Both the position numbers and the translations under genes were made by a program. A model generated the notes under the pieces. It was not told the origin of the DNA. It saw only the letters and a program-made list of their open reading frames with translations, and searched no databases. From an uncultured bacterium (GTDB taxonomy: Bacteria; CSSED10-310; CAZUFC01): 31,230 bases of DNA. The DNA lies in the NCBI GenBank assembly GCA_964619725.1, contig CAZUFC010000100.1:1-31230 (forward strand). The letters run 5' to 3'. This document shows, piece after piece, positions 7,502 to 18,101 of this stretch (positions are counted from its first letter, which is position 1; each line of letters opens with the position of its first letter).

Positions 7502-10500
7502 CAGCTTGCGGTTCCTTTCTTTTTGAATATGGGCGAACCTGAGCGCCGCAGTTCATAAAAAATCGAGTAAACCACGGGTACAAAAACCAGCGTAATCAAC
7601 GTCGAACTCAAGAGTCCTCCGATAACGGCCCTGGCCATGGGCGCCTGGGCTTCTCCGCCTTCACCCAGTCCTAAAGCGAGCGGCAGAAGCGCCAGAATGG
7701 TCGTAAGCGCGGTCATCAGTATGGGTCTGAGGCGCCGGCGTCCGGCTTCCTGGATGGCTTCGGACAGTTCGAGTTTGTCTCTTCTTCTGAGAAGGTTAGC
7801 GGTATCCACGAGTAGAATGGCGTTGTTGACGACTATGCCGCCGAGCATGATGCATCCGATATAGGATTGCATGTTGAACGTCGTTCCGGTCAGGAAAAGT
7901 ATAAGGATGACGCCGATGACGGCGAAGGGCACCGAAAACATGACGACAAGCGGGTCTTTAAGCGATTCATACTGGCATGCCATAACCATATAGACCAGTA
8001 TCAGCGCCAGGATAAAACCGACCAGCAATTCCCGGAAAGATTCCTGCTGCTCTTCATACTCGCCGCTCAGCCTTATGCTGAAGTCAATCGGCGATGGAAT
8101 CGACCTGAGTTTTTCACGGACATCCTCAACGATGGAGCCCATATCTCTACCGCTGATGTTGGCCGTTACGGATACCAGGCGTTCCTGGTCTTTTCTCTCG
8201 ATACGGGTAGGTCCGGTTTGCGGAACCGTTTTGACGACGTTCCGAAGCGCTATGGGCTCCCCTTTTTCATTTGCGAGGGTCAGATTGAGTATCTCATCCA
8301 GGTCCATACGGTCAGCGTTTTTCACCTGCACCAGGATGCGGTATTCGTCGCCCTGCTCTCTGTAATTGCCGGCGCGCATTCCCGACAGCACAGTCTGCAG
8401 CATTTCCGCTATCTGACGCATAGTAAGGTTCATATCCGCAGCCTTCAGTCTGTCCACTATGATCAGTTCTTCAGGAGAACCGACATCGCGACTGAGGTCA
8501 GCATCCGTCACGCCGTCCGTTTCTTCGAGCGCTTCTTTTATTTTCTGACCCAGATACCCGGCTACTTCAAGATCATGCCCCCGTATTTCCACTTCGAGTC
8601 TGTCCGCTCCGCTTGACATCCGCCTGAAAATGAAGAGTCCGGAACTCGTCCTGACCCTGACCGTCATCCCCGGAATATTGCTTAATTTTTTGCGCAATTC
8701 CCCGGCTATCTCTTCGCTTGATCGCGTTCTTTCCGATTGAGGAACCAGGGAAATTCTCAAGTTCCCGGTGTTAGACGCTGAACCGCGCCAGGACGAACCG
8801 CCCGCACTGGAAACAAGACTCTCTATTTCCGGGACTTCCTCCCGCACTATCTCTTCTATATATTTGATTTTCTGATCGACCAGTTCCAATCTTTTTCCCA
8901 CATCCATTTCGCCGCTTATGCGTATCTCACCTTCATCCGTTTCAGGCATCAGTTCCGTACCGACATAGGGAATAAGCAGCAGGCTGCCGACAAGCATCGC
9001 CAGGGTTATGAAAATGGTTATGAACTTATGTTTCAGGGCCGTGCAAAGCAATTGCTTATATTCGGAATCCAACTGCTTGAATAATTCCCCGCTGACGCGA
9101 AACATCTTCTGAAAGAAAGTTTCAGGACCGATGTGGGAATTGGAAGGCAGGCGCAGGAGTCTCCCGGCCAGCATGGGCACGAGCGTCAGCGCTGTGGTCA
9201 GAGAACAGAGCAGGGAAAAGGCTACGACCAGAGAGAATTCTTTGAACATGATGCCGGCCATTCCTCGCATGAAGACCAGCGGACCGAAAACGGCCAGAGT
9301 CGTCAGCGTGCCGGCGACGACTGCTGCAGTTACTTCATCGCTGCCGTTTACGGCGGCTTTCAGCCTGCTTTGTCCGGACTCCCTCAATCGATAAATATTT
9401 TCCAGCACAACAATGGAATTGTCCACCAGCATGCCGATACCCAGCGCCAGACCGCCCAGCGTCATTAAATTAAGAGTGAATCCGCTGAAATACATCAGAC
9501 CGAATGTCGCCACAATCGAAACGGGAATAGCCGTAGCGATAATGGCTGTGCTGCGGATATTCCGCAGAAAAAACAACAGGATGGCGATAGCCAGTATTCC
9601 TCCGTAAACCGCCGCCAGGCTGACGTTGTTTATTGACTGCCGGATGAATTCAGATGAATCGATAATCGGTATCAGCTTAATATGAGGCAGGTCGGTATTG
9701 ATGTTTTCTATCTCCTTGAGGACCGCTTCGGCCACTTCGACGGTGTTTTTTCCCGACTGCTTGTTTACCGACAACCTCACGCCCGGCTCTCCGTTGACTC
9801 GGACTATCCTCGTTATCTTCTGCCACGAATCTTCCACTTCAGCCACTTCACGCAACTGAACAGGCGCCCCTTCCCGTTCAGTTATTACAAGATTCCGCAA
9901 TTCTTCCACACTCCGGTATTCGCCCGGAGTCCGGATGGTAACTTCATAGTCGCCGCGGTCGATTGAACCGGCCGGAAGGTTGATGTTGCCGGACCTGATT
10001 CGACTAAGTATCTGGTTTGTCGACAACTGCATCGCCTTTATCTTGTCAGGGTTCAAGTTGACGTGTATTTCCCTGTCCAATCCCCCCCAGACGTCCAGGG
10101 CAGCTACTCCCGGTATCCGCTCAATACGATACTTGATCTGATCGTCGATTATTCTGCGCATCTGTACAGGGTCCAAACGGCTTGATGCCCCTAAAATCAG
10201 AATCGGAAAACTCGCCAGATCAAATTTTCGTAAACTCGGCCTGCTCGCATCCTCAGGCAGTTGCGGAAGCACGCGGTCAAGCCTGTCACGGATATCGTCG
10301 GCGGCCGCATCCAGGTCGGTTCCCCACGTGAAAGTTACCCGTACGTTGCTGCTGCCTTCCGTTGATATTGAACTGACTTCCTCTACTCCCGTCACTGCGC
10401 TCATCGCCTCCTCAATAGGACGCGTCACCAGCTCTTCCATCTCTTCCGGACCCGCATTCTCATAACTCGTCATAACGCTCAACGTCGGATAAGTTATGTC

Positions 10501-10614
10501 CGGCATCAAATCTATGGGTAAACGGTAAAGAGATATGCCGCCCAATATTATGACGATCAGAACGACCATTATCGTAAAAATAGGACGATTGACTGCTGCG
10601 GCGGAAATTCTCAT
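7501..10614 (-). CDS. RND (AcrB/AcrD/AcrF family) efflux permease
   Basis: 1037 aa; [26 protein letters not shown] and RLRPILMT motifs. Confidence 0.95.
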   Translation of the reverse strand: MRISAAAVNRPIFTIMVVLIVIILGGISLYRLPIDLMPDITYPTLSVMTSYENAGPEEMEELVTRPIEEAMSAVTGVEEVSSISTEGSSNVRVTFTWGTDLDAAADDIRDRLDRVLPQLPEDASRPSLRKFDLASFPILILGASSRLDPVQMRRIIDDQIKYRIERIPGVAALDVWGGLDREIHVNLNPDKIKAMQLSTNQILSRIRSGNINLPAGSIDRGDYEVTIRTPGEYRSVEELRNLVITEREGAPVQLREVAEVEDSWQKITRIVRVNGEPGVRLSVNKQSGKNTVEVAEAVLKEIENINTDLPHIKLIPIIDSSEFIRQSINNVSLAAVYGGILAIAILLFFLRNIRSTAIIATAIPVSIVATFGLMYFSGFTLNLMTLGGLALGIGMLVDNSIVVLENIYRLRESGQSRLKAAVNGSDEVTAAVVAGTLTTLAVFGPLVFMRGMAGIMFKEFSLVVAFSLLCSLTTALTLVPMLAGRLLRLPSNSHIGPETFFQKMFRVSGELFKQLDSEYKQLLCTALKHKFITIFITLAMLVGSLLLIPYVGTELMPETDEGEIRISGEMDVGKRLELVDQKIKYIEEIVREEVPEIESLVSSAGGSSWRGSASNTGNLRISLVPQSERTRSSEEIAGELRKKLSNIPGMTVRVRTSSGLFIFRRMSSGADRLEVEIRGHDLEVAGYLGQKIKEALEETDGVTDADLSRDVGSPEELIIVDRLKAADMNLTMRQIAEMLQTVLSGMRAGNYREQGDEYRILVQVKNADRMDLDEILNLTLANEKGEPIALRNVVKTVPQTGPTRIERKDQERLVSVTANISGRDMGSIVEDVREKLRSIPSPIDFSIRLSGEYEEQQESFRELLVGFILALILVYMVMACQYESLKDPLVVMFSVPFAVIGVILILFLTGTTFNMQSYIGCIMLGGIVVNNAILLVDTANLLRRRDKLELSEAIQEAGRRRLRPILMTALTTILALLPLALGLGEGGEAQAPMARAVIGGLLSSTLITLVFVPVVYSIFYELRRSGSPIFKKKGTAS

Positions 10615-11837
10615 CGGCCTTCCCTCTCTCCTTTATTCTCCTCCAGCCCGGATTCCTCCTGCTTACCCGAACCGGACTGCTGAGGCAATTGGATCGATGA
10701 GCCGCTTTCCAGTACATAATGCCCTAAAGTGACTACATAACCCGAAATTTCAGGCTCAATTATTTCCGCAAGCTCTCCCTCCACAATTCCCAACTCCACC
10801 GGAATAAATTCGGCCGTTTTGTTCTCAAGGTCAGCCAGAAATACTCCCTGACGTCCTTCACGACGGGCAATAGCTGAAAAAGGCGCCGTCGTCACGTTCT
10901 CATGCCGCTCAAATTGTATCCGCACTCGCACGAACATCCCCGGTTTCAAAGCACGATCAGGATTGGGTATTTCTATCTCAACGCGCGCCTGCCGCGACGC
11001 CTCCTTCAATAAAGGCGCTATCCTGGCTATTTTTCCCTCGAATTCTCGACCGGGATAAGCATCCGTTTCGATGACCGCCTCCTGACCAACACTCATCCGG
11101 GGATAATCCCTCTCTATTACGTCGATCAGCGCAGTCATTACGCTGTTGTCTATAATGGATACGATCGGTGAATTGGCGCTCAATAAATCCCCTTCGTCAG
11201 CATACCTCTCGCCTACGACACGATCCCGCTCTTCATCACGCCAGGACGCCATCACGCGCGTGTATGACAAACGCAACTCCGCAGCGCTCAATGCCGCCGA
11301 CCGGCGCTCAACTTCCGCCAGCGCTACCTGATGCTTGGCCTCACTGGCCGTATACAACGCCCGCACTTCATCAAGCTCTGATTCAGATACTACCTTTTTT
11401 GCACGCAACGCCTCTACTCTCTCCAGTTCACGCCTGGCCGTCTCCTTCGTACTCTCAACCTCCTTCACATTGGCTTTCGCTACAGCCCGCTCCGCCCTCG
11501 CCTGCGCTGCCTGCAAACGGTACTCCTGATCATCCAGTTCCGCTATTATCTGACCCGATGATACCGCATCGCCGATATCAACCAACAGGCGATTTAAATG
11601 ACCCGATACCTTCGGCGCCGCTATAAAACTGGATCGAGCCGCCAGTGAACCCGTGAAAAGCCCTATATCCCTCACCGTTCCCTTCTTCAACATCTCTATC
11701 TCCACAGCTACGGCCCGCTCAGCGCCGGAGCGCCGGCCTGCTCCCTCTCCATTTCCTCCATCACCGAATATTCCAAATATTCTCCATATCACTATCAGCA
11801 TTATCAATGCACCAAATATCGCCAGTGTCTTTTTCAT
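10611..11837 (-). CDS. RND periplasmic adaptor (membrane fusion protein)
   Basis: N-terminal TM, lipoyl half-motifs (APKVSG...VDIGDAV), coiled coil, LKPGMFVRV; 4-bp overlaps with both neighbours. Confidence 0.93.
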   Translation of the reverse strand: MKKTLAIFGALIMLIVIWRIFGIFGDGGNGEGAGRRSGAERAVAVEIEMLKKGTVRDIGLFTGSLAARSSFIAAPKVSGHLNRLLVDIGDAVSSGQIIAELDDQEYRLQAAQARAERAVAKANVKEVESTKETARRELERVEALRAKKVVSESELDEVRALYTASEAKHQVALAEVERRSAALSAAELRLSYTRVMASWRDEERDRVVGERYADEGDLLSANSPIVSIIDNSVMTALIDVIERDYPRMSVGQEAVIETDAYPGREFEGKIARIAPLLKEASRQARVEIEIPNPDRALKPGMFVRVRIQFERHENVTTAPFSAIARREGRQGVFLADLENKTAEFIPVELGIVEGELAEIIEPEISGYVVTLGHYVLESGSSIQLPQQSGSGKQEESGLEENKGEREGR

Positions 11838-12508
11838 ACTTGCTTCCTCTCATCACCGAAGGACATTCCCTCTACGCCGCATACCGCACGGATTCCACCT
11901 AGACTGAAACGAATTACGTGCTCCGTCAGCTCCTCTATATCCCTCTCACTAAACTGTATCAATGGTTTTATTCCCCTGTCGCGCTTTATGGGATTAACCA
12001 TTAAACATTGACTGATTATACTCATATGACAAAGCCTGATCAGCTCTACAGGCGCTCCCGGTCCCACTAGTCCTCGAAGTATTTCCATCATTTGTCCACG
12101 CTTTGCCTCTATCATCTCTCGCAGTGACTCATCCAGCAGTCCCGTCGGATTTACCATCTCCATCAGGCGTATTCGATGAAAATTATACAGATTCTTGCGG
12201 TCCGTCATACGACCTATAAACGATCCTACGCTTCCCCGAAGCCGCTCCTCCGCCGATGCATCCCGCGAAATGCCTCCGTCAATAGGATACAACGAATCAG
12301 CCAGCTCTACGCTCCTCTTCCATACCTCGCAATATAATTCCGCCTTGCTCCTGAAATGATAATTGACCGATGCCAGGTTTACCTCAGCACGGGAGCATAT
12401 CTCACGAACCCTCGTTCCGAATAATCCCTTCTCTCCGAATAACGATCCGGCCGCCTGAAGTATCCTTTCCTTTGTCGAATGATCCTTATCTGAGTTTTCG
12501 GCCCCCAT
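11834..12508 (-). CDS. TetR-family regulator (CecR/DUF1956-like C-terminus)
   Basis: TKERILQAAGSLFGEKG...TRVREIC.RAEVNLASVNYHFRSK HTH and C-terminal HVIRFSLGGI; ATG 12508 has RBS AAGGAG. Confidence 0.88.
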   Translation of the reverse strand: MGAENSDKDHSTKERILQAAGSLFGEKGLFGTRVREICSRAEVNLASVNYHFRSKAELYCEVWKRSVELADSLYPIDGGISRDASAEERLRGSVGSFIGRMTDRKNLYNFHRIRLMEMVNPTGLLDESLREMIEAKRGQMMEILRGLVGPGAPVELIRLCHMSIISQCLMVNPIKRDRGIKPLIQFSERDIEELTEHVIRFSLGGIRAVCGVEGMSFGDERKQV

Positions 12509-12553
12509 GGACGCCTCTCCTTTCTTCGCCGGAATTTTTATACGATATTTTTT

Positions 12554-12591
12554 AAACAATTGTCAAAAACAAATGTTTTAAAAAATTGTTT
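12554..12591. promoter_or_regulatory. Three tandem palindromic boxes (13-bp period), likely the TetR operator
   Basis: AAACAATTGTCA (12554), AAACAAATGTTT (12567), AAAAAATTGTTT (12580), just upstream of the tetR start. Confidence 0.6.
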
Positions 12592-12708
12592 TATTTTCTG
12601 ATTTGACAGCTCCAACAAAAAAATATCAGAATGAAAAACGTCCGGTTTCTGATGTTCGAATTAAAGGACACTGGTAGAAGAGCGGAAGAAACGGTAGAGG
12701 GGACAGGC

Positions 12709-13785
12709 ATGAGCAGAATTCCTAAAATAGCGATAAAATCGGTGATTGCATTTTTTTTGATTTTTGGTCTGTTGACGGGAGAATCGTTTACGGAGCGGAC
12801 GAAGGCAGGGTATGCCGAAACGGATGTGGAAGCCGAGTCTGCGGACGGCGCCGGGGATTCGGGCTGGAGGAGGGTTAAATTGTTGATAATCGGTTTCGAC
12901 GGGATGGATTATCATTTAACGAAAATGACGTTGGACGAAGAGAGGTTCGATTTTCCCCTGAGGATATTTCCTTTGAGAGTCGACGTACCTTTAACGGGAC
13001 CTTCCTGGGCGACTTTTTATACGGGGTTGAACGCATCGGTTCACGGCGTTACGGATTACTGGGGCCGTGCCGTAAAAAGTTCCAATTGTTTCGAGGATAT
13101 TGAAGAATATACGTTCTGGAAGCTATTGGAAAAGCATGGTTATGAATCTTTTCTTTTTAATCTTCCCATTACGCCGGAAGGATTCCCTTTTGACGATTCG
13201 CCGGAGAAGGACATAATAAACTGGGACTATGATGCCCTGAAACAGGGGCCCGGCAAGTGGCGACAGAGAATCAGAGAAATGCCCGTTGAGGAGGTCATCC
13301 GAAAAGCGGGAAAGGATGCATTCGGACTTATCGATCAGATGAATTTCGGGGATGCGGACATGATCTTCGTTCAATTTTCCTTTCTGGACAGAATCGGACA
13401 TACGTTGACATATAAAAAGGATAAAACGGTTCGAAAGGCTTATGACCTGGCTTATCTGATAATCGACGAGCTGCATGGAAGACTGAGACCGGAATATTTT
13501 ATGGTCGTATCGGACCACGGATTCGGAAGACGGCTTCCCACCCACTTCAAAGCCAGGACAGCCGTGCTTCTGTCTGATGAAAATATGTCTTCTTTCCTTA
13601 AACGCAGGGTCCCCGGCAGGCATTTTCTGCAAACGGCTCTCTTCGATGAAATTCTGGCTCTTTTCGGCATAGAGGATTATCAAAAGCCCAGGTGGAGAAT
13701 AGATAAAAAGACAGGGCGGATAAATGATGAAACGGAAGAGGAAGAGATCAGGATGCGCTTGAAGGGTCTGGGTTATATTCAGTAA
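12709..13785 (+). CDS. Alkaline phosphatase superfamily (phosphodiesterase/sulfatase-like) protein, exported or membrane-anchored
   Basis: IIGFDGMD, PLTGPSWATFYTG, HGV, DRIGH and VVSDHGF motifs; N-terminal hydrophobic segment; C-terminal RLKGLGYI; ATG 12709 with GAGGGG RBS. Confidence 0.85.
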   Translation: MSRIPKIAIKSVIAFFLIFGLLTGESFTERTKAGYAETDVEAESADGAGDSGWRRVKLLIIGFDGMDYHLTKMTLDEERFDFPLRIFPLRVDVPLTGPSWATFYTGLNASVHGVTDYWGRAVKSSNCFEDIEEYTFWKLLEKHGYESFLFNLPITPEGFPFDDSPEKDIINWDYDALKQGPGKWRQRIREMPVEEVIRKAGKDAFGLIDQMNFGDADMIFVQFSFLDRIGHTLTYKKDKTVRKAYDLAYLIIDELHGRLRPEYFMVVSDHGFGRRLPTHFKARTAVLLSDENMSSFLKRRVPGRHFLQTALFDEILALFGIEDYQKPRWRIDKKTGRINDETEEEEIRMRLKGLGYIQ

Positions 13786-13823
13786 CGGCCTCAAAAGAAG
13801 CTAAAATTAATCCCTCTTTGCTT

Positions 13824-13851
13824 TCCGCGTAAATTAGCGTGATTTCGCGGA
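13824..13851. terminator. Hairpin between convergent genes
   Basis: TCCGCG(T)AAATTA-GCG-TGATTT-CGCGGA. Confidence 0.45.
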
Positions 13852-13875
13852 TAAAATATGCCGGAAACGCTTTAA

Positions 13876-14067
13876 TTATTTGCCGCTGCCGGGTTTGCCT
13901 TCAGAGATCACCTTACGCTCAAAACCGTTATCCCGGATGCTTCTGACCTTTCCGCACTTTATGCATTTTTGTCTTTCCACGATGAAAAGAAACGTTATGT
14001 TCTTTTTAATGGTTCGCCATTTATGCGATGATGCCTTGTTTAATTTTTCAGACGCCCTGTTTTTCAT
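13876..14067 (-). CDS. Small basic protein with HKW...CxxCG motif (putative zinc ribbon)
   Basis: 63-aa ORF: HKWRT...RQKCIKCGKVR. Confidence 0.45.
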   Translation of the reverse strand: MKNRASEKLNKASSHKWRTIKKNITFLFIVERQKCIKCGKVRSIRDNGFERKVISEGKPGSGK

Positions 14068-14191
14068 CTTTTGAGCCTGCGCTTTTCAAGAATGGTTTTT
14101 CTTTGAACAATGCAATTGCTTCAGGCTTTATGCTCCTTTCTATTATTTTAATAAAAAGGAGTGATGAATTTCACGAAAATAAAAAATTTTA

Positions 14192-14352
14192 GGGACTGAT
14201 CAAAACCGGGTTACACTTCTTTCAAAACTTTTAACAGTTTGTTTCAAAAATCGGTATCAGGGTCGGAATCGGGTTTGCAATCGCAATCGCAACAAAATGA
14301 GTAGATATTCTGCAGGATTGTAACCTCAAAAGACGCACTTTTGATCAATGCC
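14192..14352 (+). mobile_element. MITE family A copy 2 (161 bp)
   Basis: Ends GGGACTGATCAAAA / TTTTGATCAATGCC (12/14 inverted match); exact 8-bp flanking duplication AAATTTTA at 14184-14191 and 14353-14360. Confidence 0.92.
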
Positions 14353-14366
14353 AAATTTTACGTCGA

Positions 14367-14768
14367 TCAGATCAGTTTGATAGCTTTCTGGTCCATTTTC
14401 TGCGCTTTTTGATCCGAATGGGAGTAGCACAGAAGAAAAACAGGACAATCGCCGATATTTTTAACGGCGTGTGCGACGTTGAGAGGGATTTTGATCAGAA
14501 AGGGCATTTCATTATTGAACAGCATGATTTCTTTATTGCTGCCGTCGGCGTCTGCAACGGTCAGTTCCAGAATGCCCTGGGTGCAGAAAAGGTATTCTGC
14601 GGATTCTTCATGGTAATGATTGCCCCTTATTTTGCCTGGATTCAAGCTGACCAGGTGAATATTCGCCGGCGTTTTTTCCGGGAAATCATTGACGGGGAAA
14701 GGTACGGCAGCCCATCCCCTTTCATCGGAATGAAGAGAAAAATCGATTATTTCAATTCTTTTTTTCAT
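14367..14768 (-). CDS. Cupin-fold protein, WxcM/FdtA-like sugar isomerase/epimerase domain
   Basis: HSDERG, PGKIRGNHYH..SAEY and IP.NVAHAVKN cupin motifs. Confidence 0.8.
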   Translation of the reverse strand: MKKRIEIIDFSLHSDERGWAAVPFPVNDFPEKTPANIHLVSLNPGKIRGNHYHEESAEYLFCTQGILELTVADADGSNKEIMLFNNEMPFLIKIPLNVAHAVKNIGDCPVFLLCYSHSDQKAQKMDQKAIKLI

Positions 14769-14815
14769 TTCTTTATTGTTTCAGATGGACGGTTATCGTT
14801 TTTTTTCATCACATA

Positions 14816-15577
14816 TCAGACGAGAAAAATGTCGCCGTTAACGAAAGTTCTTCGTTCATTGTCCGTAGATTCGATGATGATTCCGTTTTTGATATCTACA
14901 TCGACGACGCGGCCTTCAAATTTGACGTTTTTCGCGACCATGAGGACGTTTTTTTGCATCAGGTATTGCCTGCTTTTCCATTCTTCGCTCAGTTCATAAG
15001 TTTTGTCTTTAGTCAGGTTGACCAATCTTTTTTCGGTATTTTCGACCAGGATATTCAGCATTTTTCTGATGTTGAAGAGTCGTCCCGTTTCTATAAAGAG
15101 GGAAGAGGCTTTGATTTTCGTTTTTACGGGCAATTCTTCCGTTTTATTGTTGACGTTTATTCCCAGGCCCACTATGACGAAACTTTGAGATTCTGCCGAA
15201 AAGGTTTCCGACAGGATTCCCGCGATTTTATATTCGTTGAGCATTATGTCGTTGGGCCATTTGAGAGAAAAAATGAGTCCTGAACCGACCATGATTTCCA
15301 GTGTTTCGATTGCTGCCAGGGATACCAGCGCCTGGCAGAGCAGGGGGTAACCCGGTATTTTTTTATCCTGAAACGTCAATGTGGCGTACAATCCTGCATC
15401 AGGGGGAGACATCCATTGTCGCCCCTGCCTCCCCTTGCCCCGGGTCTGCAACCTTGCGGTTACGATCGTTCCTTCTCCGTAACCTCTTCGGCATAGTCTC
15501 TTTGCTTCTTCATTCGTCGAATCAATCGAATCGAAAACTCTGATTACTTGAAAAAAAATCCGTTCCATACCCGGCAA
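14816..15577 (-). CDS. birA: Biotin--[acetyl-CoA-carboxylase] ligase (no HTH)
   Basis: DSTN, QTRGKGRQGRQW, LKWPND, KIAGIL and GLGINV motifs. Confidence 0.93.
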   Translation of the reverse strand: MPGMERIFFQVIRVFDSIDSTNEEAKRLCRRGYGEGTIVTARLQTRGKGRQGRQWMSPPDAGLYATLTFQDKKIPGYPLLCQALVSLAAIETLEIMVGSGLIFSLKWPNDIMLNEYKIAGILSETFSAESQSFVIVGLGINVNNKTEELPVKTKIKASSLFIETGRLFNIRKMLNILVENTEKRLVNLTKDKTYELSEEWKSRQYLMQKNVLMVAKNVKFEGRVVDVDIKNGIIIESTDNERRTFVNGDIFLV

Positions 15578-15752
15578 AGCCTCCCAAACCCATTGTACAA
15601 CATCTCTGCGATTCTTGCACCAGGTATTTTCCCGAATTGCATTGACTGTTTATGGAGAGTAATGTATTTACACTAATTGAACAGGGTGCAGATGAAGGGC
15701 AAGTCTTCGTTGTACCGGTGAATTATTAATTCTCAATGAAAACGGTTATTTT

Positions 15753-15890
15753 ATGAACAAAAAAACCCCCGAGCTTCCCGTTATCGTCCATTTGAGTAAT
15801 TTTGTCGACCTGCCTGCCGGACGGCTTAAACTGCTGCCGGTACCCCTGTTTTTTAACCTTCTCAGCCTGGCTCCATCTTTTGAAGTCTAA
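15753..15890 (+). CDS. Possible 45-aa upstream ORF
   Basis: ATG..TAA open frame MNKKTPELPVIV...SFEV, whose stop overlaps the antiporter RBS (TAAGGAAG); no recognisable motif. Confidence 0.2.
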   Translation: MNKKTPELPVIVHLSNFVDLPAGRLKLLPVPLFFNLLSLAPSFEV

Positions 15891-15903
15891 GGAAGAATAT
15901 TAA

Positions 15904-17832
15904 ATGAATGAAATCCAGACTATAATGGCGGTTATAGCCGGCTTTTTCATCGTCGCAGTCTCATCCAGACAGATTGGAAAATTTTTCACCAGGATAAAAT
16001 TTCCCCTGATCAGCGGATTTCTTTTCACAGGAATGATAGCAGGGCCTTACATTCTCAATCTTATTCCTGCTGAAGCCGTGGAAAAACTGAGGTTCGTCGA
16101 CAAAATAGCGCTTGCTTTCATTGCTTTTGCTGCGGGAAGCGAATTGTATCTGGATGAGTTGAAAACGCGGATGTGTAGCATAAAATGGGTGACGATCGGC
16201 ATAGTTTTCAGCACATTCGTGCTGGGAAGCACAGCCATATTCTTTTTAACCGATTACCTGCCTTTTTTTCATAAACTGTCGTTCAACGGCCGCCTGGCCG
16301 TGTCTCTGCTCGCCGGCGCCGTCCTTACCGCTCGCTCTCCCTCATCAGCCATCGCTATAGTGAACGAATTGCGCGCCAGGGGCCCCTTTACATGCACCGT
16401 ACTCGGCGTAACCGTCATTATGGACGTGGTGGTCATCGTCCTGTTCGCTATTAATTCCTCATTCGCCGACACCCTGCTGACCGATGCGGATTTCCGGTTC
16501 ATCCTGCTCGCTTTTCTCGCAGGTGAAGTACTGTTTGCCTTCCTCCTCGGCTACGTCCTCGGAAAATTACTGACGCTCATAATGAATATGCGCACAAGGA
16601 CTCTTTTTAAAGCCGTCGCCCTGCTGGCCTCAGGTTACGGCGTTTTCCTTTTTTCAGAATTCATCAGACATTACAGCGCTGACACCATCAATGTAGAAAT
16701 ATTACTCGAACCGCTGCTCATCTGCATGGTGGCCGGCTTCGTCGTCACCAACTTCAGCACATGCAGACTTGAATTCCTTAAAATAATCAAGGATGCCGGT
16801 CCGCCCGTCTACGTCGCCTTCTTCACCCTTACCGGCGCTTCCCTCTCCCTTAACATCCTCGTTAAAGCCTGGCCCGTGGCGCTCACCCTTTTCTTCGTAA
16901 GGCTCGTAGGCATTTTCATCGGCTCATTCACCGGAGGAATGATCGCCGGCGATCCCGTCAAACACAATAAAATCAGTTGGATGGCTTATGTTACGCAGGC
17001 CGGCGTCGGCCTCGGCCTGGCCAAACAGGTCGCCGTTGAATTCCCCGAATGGGGACCCGCCTTTTCTACAGTCATCATCGCCGTCATCGTCCTCAACCAG
17101 ATCATCGGTCCGCCCTTTTTCAAATGGGCGATAAACATCGTCGGAGAATCACACCTGAAAGCCGAAACCTCCGAATTTGAAGAAGACAACAATGCCTTCA
17201 TATTCGGTGTGGAAAACCAGTCGCTGGCCCTCGCCAGGCAACTATGCAACCACGGCTGGAAAGTCAGAATCGCGGCCTTCAACCAGGAGCTGCCGCCCAA
17301 AATCGATCACCCATGCCTGGAATTCGTGACCATCAATTCTCTTGACCTCAATACGCTTAATCTGGTCGAAGCGCACCACGCAGAGGTCATCGTCACCATG
17401 CTTTCCGATGAAGAAAACTACCTTATCTGCGAGCTTGCCTTTGAAAACTTCGGCACAAAAAACATCGTCGTCAGACTCAACAACAGATGTAACTTAGACG
17501 CATTTCGCGAAATCGGAGCGCTCATCGTTGAACCTTCCACAGCCATCGTCAGCCTCATGGACCACCTCGTCAGATCCCCCGTCGTCGCCTCACTCCTGCT
17601 CGGCGTTGAAGATGATCAGGAAATCATCGATATCGAAATCACCAATCCCAACCTCGACGATATGGCGCTCAGAGACCTCAGACTGCCCATCGATACACTC
17701 ATCCTCTCCATCAGCCGAAACGATCATATGATCATCTCACATGGCTACACCACACTCAGATTAGGCGACATCATCTCCATTATGGGCTCTGTCGACAGCC
17801 TCCAGGAAGTCCAAAGACGCTTCGAAAGCTGA
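15904..17832 (+). CDS. Cation:proton antiporter with C-terminal TrkA-N/TrkA-C (RCK) domains
   Basis: About 13 TM segments; IAFAAGSEL, SPSSAIA, FFTLTGA and QAGVGLGL motifs; C-terminal RCK_N-like and RCK_C (ISHGYTTLRLGD) domains. Confidence 0.88.
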   Translation: MNEIQTIMAVIAGFFIVAVSSRQIGKFFTRIKFPLISGFLFTGMIAGPYILNLIPAEAVEKLRFVDKIALAFIAFAAGSELYLDELKTRMCSIKWVTIGIVFSTFVLGSTAIFFLTDYLPFFHKLSFNGRLAVSLLAGAVLTARSPSSAIAIVNELRARGPFTCTVLGVTVIMDVVVIVLFAINSSFADTLLTDADFRFILLAFLAGEVLFAFLLGYVLGKLLTLIMNMRTRTLFKAVALLASGYGVFLFSEFIRHYSADTINVEILLEPLLICMVAGFVVTNFSTCRLEFLKIIKDAGPPVYVAFFTLTGASLSLNILVKAWPVALTLFFVRLVGIFIGSFTGGMIAGDPVKHNKISWMAYVTQAGVGLGLAKQVAVEFPEWGPAFSTVIIAVIVLNQIIGPPFFKWAINIVGESHLKAETSEFEEDNNAFIFGVENQSLALARQLCNHGWKVRIAAFNQELPPKIDHPCLEFVTINSLDLNTLNLVEAHHAEVIVTMLSDEENYLICELAFENFGTKNIVVRLNNRCNLDAFREIGALIVEPSTAIVSLMDHLVRSPVVASLLLGVEDDQEIIDIEITNPNLDDMALRDLRLPIDTLILSISRNDHMIISHGYTTLRLGDIISIMGSVDSLQEVQRRFES

Positions 17833-18101
17833 GCGGATAACTAACGCCGCTGTTCCCTCTCCATTAATCTGATGCTTAACGCCGCCTCTCCTCAAAGTTC
17901 CTGAACACGTTATATCCATTTTCTTTCATTACTTTTTATGCTACACTCTTTATCGACTATTCAGTATGATCCTCATACTGAAATGAATCGGAAATCTTGA
18001 ATTTTGTTGCTTACTCATGCTCATACTCACAGATGTGGATATTCCCGGAAACTTCAAATTCAGATCAAACTCGTAAAGCGCTCAACCGGAGAAAAAAGTA
18101 A

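Noticed and set aside
7637-11907. Many 60-250 aa plus-strand ORFs
   Set aside because: Antisense shadows of the RND and MFP genes; the same applies to similar ORFs opposite other long genes.
14192-14352. CRISPR array or known ncRNA explanation for the dispersed repeat
   Set aside because: No repeat-spacer periodicity and no cas genes; TIRs plus 8-bp TSDs point to a MITE.
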